From Camelus ferus (lineage: Eukaryota), in assembly GCF_009834535.1 (NCBI RefSeq), contig NC_045697.1:14262001-14326000 (forward strand): a stretch of 64,000 nt of DNA, written 5' to 3'. Made by a program: the position numbers and the translations under genes. Positions within the stretch are counted from its first letter, which is position 1. Every line of letters starts with the position of its first letter. Positions 12,641 through 24,275 of this stretch are shown here, piece after piece. The notes beneath the pieces are model-generated. The model did no database searches and was not told where the DNA came from. It saw nothing but the letters and a program-made list of their open reading frames with translations.

Positions 12641-14845
12641 TCAGAGCCACAGAGCCAGAGGAGAGGCTGTTATTCCACACAGGAGATCCTCGGAGCCTAC
12701 TCCATCCGGCTTCAGAGGATGCCTCGTGCATGGATGTGCTTTCATTCAAGAATCATCCAAGGCAGAGGCAGCTTGTGACCTGTCTTATCACGAAATGTGT
12801 ATTGAGGGAATGAAGGAATGAGTTGATGCCTTTTAACATGATGTTATTGTTATTTTTCCTGAATTGCTTCTTTTAATCTCCAACCTGAGTTTTAAATTAT
12901 GTTTAAAACTGAACATAAATGTCCCAGAAACTAAGCAACTAATAAATAATATAATAATAATTAAGCTCAAATATTACTTGTCCACACCTGGTAAGATTCT
13001 AGGATTAGCTACTTTTTCAGCTTGTGTTCTACTGGTGTGTGTGTGTGTGTGTGTGTTTGTACTTATGCTCAATTCAACCTGATTCAAAAAATATTAATTA
13101 GGCACCCACTAAGTGCAAATCTCTGTGTCAGATGCTACATGGGACCTGAAAGAATTAAGCCAGTCCCTAAAGGACTCAGAATATTGATTTCTATGTGTGC
13201 CATCTGGCACTTATCACTATTTTTAAAAGGTCTTTTCTTCGATTTATTGAAGTCCTTTGAATTCTATTCTTTGCTATTTTTAAGGATATTAACAATGCAC
13301 ATCTACCCCCAGTGCACTTCAGCCTCCAGGTCCCTCTCTTTCATGAACAGAATAGAATAGATTTCCTCCCAGAAGTAACACTTTGGTGGTAATTGTTTAA
13401 AGAGAGAAATTAACTCTTTCAGACCCCCAGGGCACCATTGCTAAATGTTCTGTTAAACTTCTCCCTAATTACTATCTGGAGAGAGACTTGGCAACTGGAG
13501 AACAGCACCCAAGATGCATACACTTATTTCCTCCCTTGTGATCTCAAAGAGGGGCTTGAGTTCTTCACTGAGAAGGAAAGGAAGCCTCAGAGATGCTTAT
13601 TCATAACTAAGAACAGGATGGGACTGTGGGCGCAGGGGTTAGAGTCCCCAACATATTTTGAAAGTTTGGCTCCTCAGATAACCCGAGTTTGACTCCAGCA
13701 CTGAAAGGAAGCAGGGAGAAGGCTGGAGGCTGGGGGCTGCCCTGAGTAGGGCTACTATGCTAACTTGGGTGTTAAAAGTCATCTTCCTTGGCCAGCCTCC
13801 AAAAACACCGATAAATACTTCAGATGCTGTTAAATGTAACCTCATATCTTGCCTCTTTCCCTTTGGAGATGCTCTCTCTTGAACATTACTACTTTCTTCC
13901 CCTGTTGCGTCAACGTGTTTTCAAGGCCCCCTAATAATACTTGTTCAGCATCTGTGATTTTTAACATTCCCTAGTCTAGGCTTTCGGGGGGGGGGGGAGG
14001 CCTACACGGTCTTTGGATTGCTTCTTTATTCATATTTGCCAAATCCTCACTACTGATCAAAGATCCTGATGTATTTTAAATTCAGAATTTTGCCTCTAAA
14101 ATGGTTTTAAAAACTAGTAGTGTAGTATTATTCGTGCTTCACGTGATTCCTAATCTTAGCTCTACTTTGCAATCAGACCATCGCTGCAAGACCATTAGAG
14201 GCCACCCTGAATGTTTTATACGGGCTAGACAAGTCTAGTGGTAAATATAATGCAAAGGGACAGGCTGTGATAAAATTTAAATACTGGGTCCCCAAGAAAA
14301 TTTCTTACAGAGATTTTTTTTCTTTACTTTGAGGCAAAATTCTCCAGCAGAAAGAATCTCTCTTGACATTTGCAAGCCCTACTAGTGTTCTTGGGTGCAA
14401 GAATGATGAAAATGCAAATGGTCTATTATATGTGGTCAAAACCAATTTTTCAAAGCAGCTCAGCAGATGTATTATGTTATAGTCATTTCCCTCCACTTAT
14501 TATTTGGTCAAAGATAAGCACTCCCAGTCAATGCTGATTGCATTTAGCCTGACCAGATTTTTTGTCCACATTTCAGTGCTGATCCTATTTCCTGCTTTTA
14601 ACCATACAGATATGTGACAATAAAGAAAATAATTTTGCTAGCAATTGAATTACAAAATGTGTTCAGTTCTCCATTAATAAAACCTCTATCTTGTTCAACA
14701 TCATCAGTAAATAGCCTTTATATTTTTCCACTTTTCAATTTACCAGCTGGCAATAGAAAACATTAACTGGGGTTGAAGTCTGCAAAGCAAAAAAAAAAAA
14801 AAAAAAAAGAGGGAGCAGAGAGAAAGCAAGCCAGAAATAGTTAGT

Positions 14846-14863
14846 CAGCGCCATCTAGTGTCT
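14846..14863 (-). promoter_or_regulatory. CTCF core motif
   Basis: CAGCGCCATCTAGTGTCT vs reverse consensus GCGCC(A/C)(C/T)CTAGTGG. Confidence 0.6.
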
Positions 14864-15430
14864 AAAACTTAAAATTTGGGCAGAGTTTTTGGATTTTCCT
14901 TTTCCACCAGCATATGAGAATAAATTATTTTATCTAATGTATTAAATAATTTTGATTATTTAAAAAACTTAATTAAAAGTTCTAATGACTAGGAAATACA
15001 TTAAATTTAAATTCATTTTAACTCCGCTATTCATAGCTCAACCACAAATCAGGTAAGATTATGCACAGCAAACTGCAAAAGCAAGAATTAGCAATTACCT
15101 GGTAATCTTCCCAGTGAGGACAGCTAATCAAGAATGTTCCATCTTAACTGTATTTGATTTTAATTAGAAAATATACAGACATCCCTGATGAAGCTAACTC
15201 GGTCATTTGCCTTCATTCTGTTCTATGAACCTACTCAGATGTATTCCAGCACCAATCTCTTGAAACCAATGTAGGAGCCAAAGACCAAATTCAGCCAGTT
15301 CCTCTCAACACACAACGAGTATTTTAGAGACTGTGGGGTTGAGAGTTAGAGATTCAGATCACAGAGTAACCTTTTTACAGGCTGCTTTGTTGGACAACCA
15401 GAAATTACTCCTCAGCATGGAGAAATCTGG

Positions 15431-15840
15431 TGTATTATTGTCCAAAGAAACAGAACAAGCAGGGTGTGTTAACAGATAGAAATATTCCTTTTAAGAAATT
15501 GGCTGATGCAGTCTTGGAGACTAGCAAGATTAAAATCTTCAGGGTGGACCAGCAGGCTGGAGACCAGGAGCGAGCCACGTTGCAGTTCAAGTACAAAGAA
15601 TGTTTCTAACGCAGAGTCTCCTCTTACTCAGGGGAGGTAATCTTCTAGTCTACTTGGGCCTTCAACTGATTGGATGAGGCCCACCCACATTATGGAGAGC
15701 AATCTGCTTTACTCAAAGTCCACCAATATAAATGTTCATCTCATCCAAAAACACCCTTACAGAAATATCCAGAAGACTGTTTGAACACATATATAGGTAT
15801 TGTGGCCCAGCCAAGTTGACAGATAAAATGAACCTTCACA
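15431..15840 (-). mobile_element. MLT2 (ERVL) LTR
   Basis: ggccttcaactgattggatgaggcccacccacattatggag...aagttgacagataaaatgaaccttcaca. Confidence 0.85.
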
Positions 15841-15959
15841 TCAGGTGAAGTGTGCAGAAGGAAAAATAAAGAATAATGGAGAATTTGGGGAAGTTTTAAA
15901 ACCTGCTTATTATCTACCTCAATAAAATGATTGCTGTAGGTCAGAGATTCTAAGCAGCA

Positions 15960-17925
15960 TCTTTGTTTGCCACTGACACTTCCAGCACAGTTGGATCTAC
16001 TGGGTAAGGTGGCCCCAGGGGCAGGATGGCCTGCAAATAGTTGTTCTCCATGCTTGTCCATCAGACCCACAAGAAGCAGTTTGCTCTGTGCTGGCCAGGC
16101 CAGCTATGCAGCTTCACTGTACATCAGGGACATATCAACTCTCTGGCCCTCTGGACCATTGCAGAGCCTCCTCTTGTTCTGGGCCCCACTCAAAACTAGC
16201 AGCTTCTCAGTTCACTCAGCAAAGGTGTTAGAGTAACACACCCAGATATGTTGCCTCCAAAATGTGCCTATTTTTTTTGGTTGTAGGAGGGGTCAGATAC
16301 AACTTAGCCTTCTCCTTTGAAGGACTATTTCAACATGCCCCATGCTACTGGACCCCTAGAAATTTCACCAAGGTGGAGGCCCCTGAATTTTATTTAGGTT
16401 AATTTCCCATACTCTGACAAGCAAATGTCAGCAATAAGTCTAAAGTAGTTGCTACTTTCTGTTCATTAGGTCCAATCAGCATAATGTTGATGTAACAGAC
16501 CAGGGTGATGTCCTGTGGGAGGGAAAGGTGATCAAGGTCCTTGTGGACTACACGATGACGGAGGGCTGGAGCATTGATATTTTAGCCCGGCCAGCTGAAA
16601 GTAGACTGCTCCTGGTGGGCCTGATGGATGGGAATGGGGAATGGGCATTTGCCAGGTCAATAGTTGCAAACCCGGGGATGTATTTATTTCCTCAAGCAAT
16701 GAAACCATTTCTGGTACAACAGCTGCCAGAGGAGTCGCCACCTGGCTCAGTATTTGATAATCCACTGTCTTTCTCTGAAGTCCATCTGTTTTCCACAGGG
16801 GCCAAACAGGTGAACTGAATGAGGATATGGTGGGAACCATCACTGCTACATAATTGAAATCCTCCATGGGGCGTTAATCTCTGCTAGTCCCCTGATTGTG
16901 CTTTACTATTTTCCTAGGTTTCCGAGGCTTTCCTAGTGGCTTCCACCTGGCCTTTTCTACTGTAACAGCCCTCACTTCACAAGTCAGAAAACCAACGTGG
17001 AAATTCTGACAGTGTCTGAGTATGCCTGTTCCAATGGCACATTCCAGAACTGGAGAAATAATCAATGATGGTTTGGGAGACTCACTGGGACCACTATGGG
17101 CAGATCTGAGCTAAAACTCCATTGATCACCTGACCTCTGTAAGCCCCTGCTCTGACTTGGTGGACCACAGTGACATTGGGATCTCCTGGAATCAATTCAA
17201 TTGAGAGCCAATGTCCAGTAGTCTTTGAGAAGGATGATCATTTCTTTTTCCCGTGAGGTCACCCTAGTAAAAGGCCATGGGTATCTTTGGGAGAAGACTT
17301 GGAGAAAGATGAACAGTTTAGATTTTTGCAAGTGTGGTGGGGTCTTTCCCCAAGAGGACTCATCCACCCTTTCATTCAAGGGGCTCTGGGTCTGTAAACT
17401 TCCTCAAGTTTGGAAATTGATTGAGGGGCTGTTACTTGTTATTGGTGACTCATGAGGCCTCTGTTCAGCTGACCTGTAAACACTTCCTCCACTGACAGAG
17501 ATGGTAAGAATTAAACTGCCCGTCTGTTTTCTGCCAGGGACGCCATCACCCTCTGTGAGCCAGACGGCTCTCGTTCCTGCCTTCACTCCGCTGCCCATGA
17601 GGTAACCGCACCCTCCTTATCTCTCTTGATCCTAGTGCAGCCGCCCCGTCTCTGCTGCCCTGGGATCCATTTATCCCCGTTGGATGCAGGAACCCAACGT
17701 TAGCGGTAGAAGCTTCCACTGTAATTTCTGACCTACAAAGAGTGGCCACACAGCTCTTCAAGGACGCTGGGACTCCCCCTCACAAATATATTTCTCCCAG
17801 TCAAGGTGAAAATGCCTCGTGGCTTCCACCACCCTCTGGGTGGGTGAGTAGGTCTCACATGATAAATCCACTCTAACATTCCAGCATCCCTAAGACTGTG
17901 GATCCCTTCCTCTACTGTATAATAG
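15960..17925 (-). mobile_element. Decayed ERVL internal region (gag end/protease/reverse transcriptase)
   Basis: ORF 16532..16867 VPTISSFSSPVWPLWKTDGLQRKTVDYQILSQVATPLAAVVPEMVSLLEEINTSPG resembles the ERVL RT N-terminus ([28 protein letters not shown]); many stops and frameshifts; adjacent to a same-strand MLT2 LTR. Confidence 0.9.
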
Positions 17926-18634
17926 ATTTTTATATCACATAATATTTTTACTCAAGATCTTGTTGTCTTTTGTGTATTTATTTCATGATCTGAAATCTAT
18001 TTCAATAAAAAGCTTACTTTTGAAAAGTTTAGAGTTCTTAATTGTTATTTGCTGCTGTGATTTTAAGTGTTATAACTCTGATCCAAACCTACAATCATTA
18101 TGTATATTTACATTCTATTCACATCTTGTCTCTGTTGACAATTCTTTTTTAATATTTCCTTTGCCAAATTCAGGTCCCAGAGTCAGAATATAAGTGTTAG
18201 TATGTCTTTTATACCTAAACTATTTTGGGGGTTTTCTTGACAGCTCTGGGAAATACCAAATATTTGCTCTCTCATGTTAGTAAGGAAGATACTAGGAAAT
18301 AATTAGCATTTCTAGATTTAATTGGGTCAATACCACCATATAAAGAGAATTCAAACAAAAAGAGAGTCTCAACTCCTCCTGGGTTAATTATGCATATGTA
18401 ATTCCAAAATGTTGTCAATATAAATAAGTTTCAGCAACTGTATTACTCTCGGATTGCATAGAAGCCAACTTAAATTCATATGTTCAAAGACTGGCATACT
18501 CGTCAACAAATTGATTCATTTTTTTCCAAAAGAAATATTTTGTTTCTAGGTTTGATATAACTTTTCAGCAGAAGACAATCATAACACACATTATAGGATA
18601 GATTAGAGGACTCTGAGGACATTTCCATGCTCTT

Positions 18635-19065
18635 GTATTACTGTCATAACAAACCTGGTGGCTCAAAGCAGTATTGTCTCATGCCTCTGGAGGAGGGAGG
18701 TCTGAAGTCAAGGTGTGAGGCGTCTTGGTTCTTTCTGAGGGCTGTGAGGGAGAATCCGTTCCATGCATTTCTCCTAGCTTCTAGTGGTTTGCTGGAAATC
18801 TTTGGTGTTCCTTGGCTTCTGCTGAATCATTCTCATCTCTGCCTTTATCTTCACATGTCTTCCCTGTGTGTCTGTGTCTACATTTCCCCCTTCATGTAAG
18901 GACTCCGGACATATTGGATTAGGAGCTGACCTTACTCCAGTATGACCTCATCTTAAACAATTACATCTTCAACAAACCTATTTCTAAATAATGTCACATT
19001 CTGAGGCCCTGGGGGTTAGTATTTCAACATATAAATCTGGGGGGATAAAGATCAATCCATGACAG
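18635..19065 (-). mobile_element. MaLR solo LTR (MLT1C-like)
   Basis: tctgagggctgtgagggagaatccgttccatg...atattggattagg...cagtatgacctcatctt...cacattctgagg. Confidence 0.75.
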
Positions 19066-19211
19066 CCTTCATGTTCATAATACGTTCTTACCCTCAGTGT
19101 AATCTTTGACTAAATCCTATAAAACTGTTATGCATTATATACCACAGTGGAGAATTCCATTCTCCTTCACTCTAATATTGTGGGATCTGGAATACTTGAA
19201 CAGGAAACACT

Positions 19212-19343
19212 CTTTATTTTTTATCTATTTATTTTTTATTGAACTATAGTCAGTTACAATGTGTCAGTTTCTGGTGTACACATAATGTCCCAGTCGTGCA
19301 TATACACACATATATTCATTTTCATATTCTTTTCCATTAAAGG
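19212..19343 (-). mobile_element. ~130-bp 5'-truncated L1 tail with TSD
   Basis: T-rich tail then attgaactatagtcagttacaatgtgtcagtttctggtgtaca; flanked by aggaaacact at 19202 and 19344. Confidence 0.75.
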
Positions 19344-19402
19344 AGGAAACACTTTTTATCATCTAGAGGTAGTGTCTGCTTCTCCCTCAAGTATGCCCAA
19401 AT

Positions 19403-19581
19403 CAGCACTTCTTAAGCTGCAGAGTACATTTCCTCATCTGGGGAATCTTGGTAAAAGGCAGCGTCTGACAGCAGACCTGAGGTGAAGCCTAAGAGTCTGT
19501 TTTTCTAACAAGCTCCTAGATGATGAGGAGGAGGATGTCGATGACAATGGTGATCTGAGACTCACACCATGAGTAGCAAGG
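19403..19581. mobile_element. MER5A-like hAT element
   Basis: cacttcttaagc...ggggaatcttggtaaaaggcag...ttctaacaagctcctagatgatg...gagtagcaagg. Confidence 0.65.
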
Positions 19582-20355
19582 ACATAAAGGTGACTCCACA
19601 AGCCATGGGTCAGAAATTAAGTCACCTGGGAAATTTTTCAAGAAAAAGCAAATAAATAAACAAACAAACCAGTTGCCTCAGCAGGAGACGGTACCAGGTA
19701 GTCTTAACTATTGACATCGTAGGGAATGGACTCATGTGAACAAGTGTTTCATTGTAACCCCACGTCGTAGCCGCAGACACCTGTCAGAGGGCACAGGGAG
19801 ACAAAGTCGCGTCTTTCCATTTCTTTCAGCCCTGTTGCAAATGACTCTGTGAAAGAGGACTCATTCACTCAAGATCAGCAGAACAAGAATCAATTACCTA
19901 GGACTTAATGAGTTGATTTAATTGTGGTTAATAGCCATGAGAAACCTATTTTGTTCTACCTCTAACCCTCAACTTAACAGTCTATATTTGGACTGAGTGG
20001 GATGAAAAATTCTTTAAATGGTATGTTATTCTGACTGACACCACAGAGTAAAAAATACCCCATAAAAGATCCTAAAATAGGTTATAAACTAATATAATAA
20101 AAATGATTCTGTAAAAATAATATTTTCTGCTGCTCCATGCCACCTCCTCCATGCAGACTGCAGCTGGAGTATTTTATGCTTATGCCCTCAGTGGGGGAGA
20201 GGGGATGTCTCATAAAAGGAAACTGACCAGAGTCAAATTTTTGGCTTTGAAGTTTCAAAAACCAAGTTCAAGGATTAGTCATTACTTGGGAGATTTGGAA
20301 GAATAAGCCATAATTCAGAGTCAAGGTCCAAATGTGAGTGCAAAGACACAGTGTC

Positions 20356-21291
20356 TTTGGATTCCTATTTTGCTTGTGAACATTTCTTAATTACATGTAT
20401 TTAATCACCAAGTATTTTTAAGAAAATATCAGAAGTATTATTGTTGGCTGGGATTAATTACTTTAAGAAAATCTATTACTTTTTGTACAAATTACAGACC
20501 AACTGATCATTCCCAATCATTATCTGCCTGTCCCACCATACAGGTCTCAGGGCAATGTCACAGCCCTGACATTCACACTCTCATTCATCCCTTCACACTC
20601 TCCGGGATGGTTGCCCCAAGCCATATGTGGCCATCGAGGACTTGAAACGTGGCTGGTCTGCATAGAGCGGTGCTATAAATGTTAAAATTGCACCAGAATT
20701 TGAAGCATTTAGCATAACAAGAATGTAAATGATCACACTGATATTTGTTATAATCATTGCCCATTGATAATATTTCTGACATACTTGGACATTTTAATTT
20801 TTATATAAATAAAAAGACATTATTAAATTTAATTTCACTTGCTTATTTTTATTTTTTTTTTTAAATGTGCCTGCTAGGAAATTTACAATTTCCTATGTGA
20901 CTCACATTATATTTTTATTGGATGACACTGCTCACTCATGTCAATCTCCTTTTCTTTCACCTGAAGATATATCACTGCTTAATATTTTCCATGTGGAAAA
21001 AAATTTTTTAATTAAAAGTTAATTTTTTAAATACGGACACTCAATGATTAGATAATGATGAAGTCGAACATTTCCTGACAGGGTGTACTGGAAATTACAT
21101 AGAAAATGTCTTACATCTCACTTCCTGATGGTTGGGAATGCTCAGCTGGTCAGTAATTTGTACAAAAAGGAACAGATTTTCTTTTAAGTAATTAAGGGCA
21201 AGCCAATCATGCCTGTGATATTTTCTTTAAAATGCTTGGTGACTAAATACATATAATTAAGAAACTTTCTCAGGTGACAGAGGAATCCAAA
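20356..21291. repeat. Long inverted repeat: arms 20356-20520 and 21128-21291
   Basis: Reverse complement of arm 2 aligns along the whole of arm 1 (e.g. ctttttgtacaaattac, aagaaaatatca, tttcttaatta, tttggattcct). Confidence 0.9.
20600..20930. mobile_element. MER33/MER3-like hAT-Charlie element
   Basis: agccatatgtggccatcgaggacttgaaacgtggct...tatgtgactcacattatatttttattggatgacactg. Confidence 0.7.
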
Positions 21292-22444
21292 CAATGAGGA
21301 AAAAAAGATTCTGACTTTTTATCTTTGATGAGATTTATTAGCTAAGTCATAATCTTACCTAATGCATTAAAATAGGATAATTTGGCAAGGCATTCTTTAC
21401 AAAAGGACAATTTATTAAAGTATTGGGGATGTAAAGGGACAGTGCATTCATCAAGCACCAGTAGCACCTGAGATTTTTTCACATTTAGTCCTGAGCTGGC
21501 CATGTAGAAAGGAACTGTAGCCTTCATTTAGGGATCCAGATGGTTGTAGAGATCCTCCTAGGGGTGGAAGCAGGAGAATGAATGCTCTGATTTCACTCCC
21601 TGTCCTCCAGTTTCCTGCTGGGGTTCTCCACTGGCCAAACCCAAATGTAACCCAGAGGGCATGGGGATGATGCCAGTCCACACTGATCAGCTTCCCAGAG
21701 TATATAGTGGAGATAGGTGGAGAGGACATCTGTAGGGACCTATGGGAGATACACAGCATCGTCTGTCTTTTTAGATCATTTGTCATATTGCTAGAAACAT
21801 TGGTCATCCTTGCTCCCCTCCTCCCTCTCTTTCCAAATAAAGAAACTTTTAAAATTAAACCTTGAAATCAGAACAGGATTAGGAAACAAAAATTCACTCA
21901 CAATCAGCTCTCCATTTCTCACACACTGCGTGCTGTCCCTGTAAAAGGGAGCAGGACCCTGTCCACCCCACCCCACCTCCGCACCCCCAACTCCTGCCTC
22001 TCTTTTATAGGAAAGCTGAAGTCTCCCAGGCCTCCCTGAGTCATAGAAGAGCAGGCTCAAGCAGCTGATTAGGGCAAGCCTGCAGGAATTGGGTGATGGC
22101 CACGACTCTGACCACCTATCTCCACAATTAACTGAGATTACTCCCCCATTGCCCTTTAGAACTTTCAGGACTGAACAGAAACTTTGGAGATTTTTTGGAG
22201 GTGACATGCTGGGTCCACCAGATTGCAGCCATTCTGGTTAAAAGCAACTTTCCTTCTTGTTACCAAGGCTTTTGCCCCCAGGATCATATCCTTGTCCCTC
22301 CCTCTACTAGAAACCTATTACTCTTGTCTAAGTCTCAGAAGGTAGCTGCAGAGAAGAAACAAGAACTGGTTAGAACCTGATGGAGTCAAAGATAGTGAAG
22401 GATCTGACTTCAGCCCTGGATCTTGGGTCTCATTTTATCCTCAT

Positions 22445-22973
22445 TGTAATATATTAGCTGCTAAATGACACAGCCACCAGTTCCACGACAGCTGACGATT
22501 GCCATGACAGCAACTGGAAAAGCCCATACAGGGACTGAAAAACTCCAGCAAGGACTGATTGGCTCCATTACACCAGGAACAGGAACTTTACTGGTGCTCT
22601 TAAGTCTTACAAGATCCCTGTATGCGGCTTTTGGCAGAAAAGCGCTCTCTGCCTTTGTAAAGAGAGAGCTCTCCACAGGTGGCCCCTTTTGTCTTGTCAC
22701 TAACCTTGTCACTGCATGCAGTGGGGGATGGCGATGACTCTGACTCTCTATCTCAAAGATTAACTGAGATTATTTCCCTCTTTCCCTTAAAAAACTTTCA
22801 TAGCCGAGCAGAATCTTCAGAGAAGGTTTTGGGGGACACCGAGTCCTTCATCTCCCCAGATTGCCAGCATTCTGATTAAAAGCAACTTTACTTTCTACCA
22901 ACGTTTGCCGCCCCCCACCCTACTCCAGTATTGATTTTTGAAAGGCGAGCAGCCAGAACTGAGTTTGGTAACA
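22445..22973 (+). mobile_element. ERV1-type solo LTR
   Basis: TG...GTAACA ends, ATTAAA at ~22875; similar to a partial copy at 22091-22264; appears to interrupt a minus-strand MIR that resumes at ~22981. Confidence 0.55.
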
Positions 22974-24191
22974 ACCTTATTATGATGAGGAAATCAAGGC
23001 TGAAAAGGGTTAAAATGACTTGCACAAGACCTCACAGCTGATAAACGAAGGAGCTGGGTTTCCAAACTACACAGCCTAACTTCAGAACATGTGCACTTCA
23101 CATCTCTGCAATACTGAACACAGATGATTCTTACCCTCCAGGCAGAGGGGATAAAAGTTCGAGTTAGGTCCTGTTAAGTCTGCCACTGGAGATGCCAGGA
23201 GTGAGAAAGGGGGCAAGGTGATATAGTAAGTCTTGAAGAATCTGGAGAAGAGAGATTATACGGTGAAAATAGGGAAGAAATAGGATTTTCTCTCTCTCTC
23301 TCTTTTTAAACATTACTTAATTTCAGTCTAGTGGAGAAGAATTTTAAAAGTTAAAATAGACTTGTACGCCTGGTTCACAGAACATTAGAGAAATTAGATA
23401 TACATATTTAAAGAGAATTTCCTGAATATCCAGCGTATTGTGCTGGCAGCTAGAGAAACAGAAAGGAAAAAGGTATATTCCTTGTCCTGAAGAAATTCAC
23501 AGCTTAGTGAATATGCATTTGGAGCAGCAATTCAGGTAGGAAGACAGGAGCCACGAGGCCAGGGATGGATTACACGGTCGGCTGTGTTCAGACTGACAAC
23601 TGTATGTAGTTAGCTATTACCTGAGCAAAAAGTGAAAACCATGGCTTACAGGAGAGGGCGCTAGAAAGGAATGCAGTGGACAGGTCTGAAAGGGCTTGGG
23701 TTTTTCACTATGACAACCCAAACTGCTTTGGTGGCATCGCGAGGAGACAGGCATTTCCCCGCAGCATGTTTTATTATTGAAACAACCTGGCGTAGAAAAA
23801 CACACGTTTTTAAATTAAAATACGGATGTATTATGTAGTTGACTGCAACAGCCTATGAGCTAGTAAAACAGGAAACGAAATTCCACAGCTAGGCAGGCAG
23901 GCGGCGCTGGTCCTCTCTGCAGAAGACTTTGGGGAGGGAGTTCGTGGTCCTCAGCCCTCAGAGGATTTAGGGCAAGATACTCGGAGACCACTGAGTTATG
24001 GTAAGTGTGCAAGGGAACTGTTAAGAGTTAAGCACGCGGACTGGGAAGAGGCTGCGGCGCAGGTACTCCGAGCCTGTGCTCTCTGCTCCTCAGCCCTCTC
24101 TTTCTGAAAAGACCCTCCACCAACTGCCCCTTTGTCACCGGAGAAAGCACTTCTAAAGCTCTCCGGCTGCCCTTTTAACACCTGGCGCCTC

Positions 24192-24205
24192 GTTGCCAGG
24201 GCAAC
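24192..24205. promoter_or_regulatory. RFX X-box
   Basis: GTTGCCAGGGCAAC, one mismatch to the palindromic RFX consensus GTTGCCATGGCAAC. Confidence 0.75.
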
Positions 24206-24267
24206 GCTTCTCCGCGGGGCGCGCCTGAGACGTCCCTGCTATTGGCTTAGAGGACGCAGCGTGCGTC

Positions 24268-24275
24268 TGACGTCA
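24268..24275. promoter_or_regulatory. Full palindromic CRE (CREB/ATF/CREM site)
   Basis: TGACGTCA within the CpG island; inverted CCAAT box (ATTGG) at 24241-24245. Confidence 0.7.
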
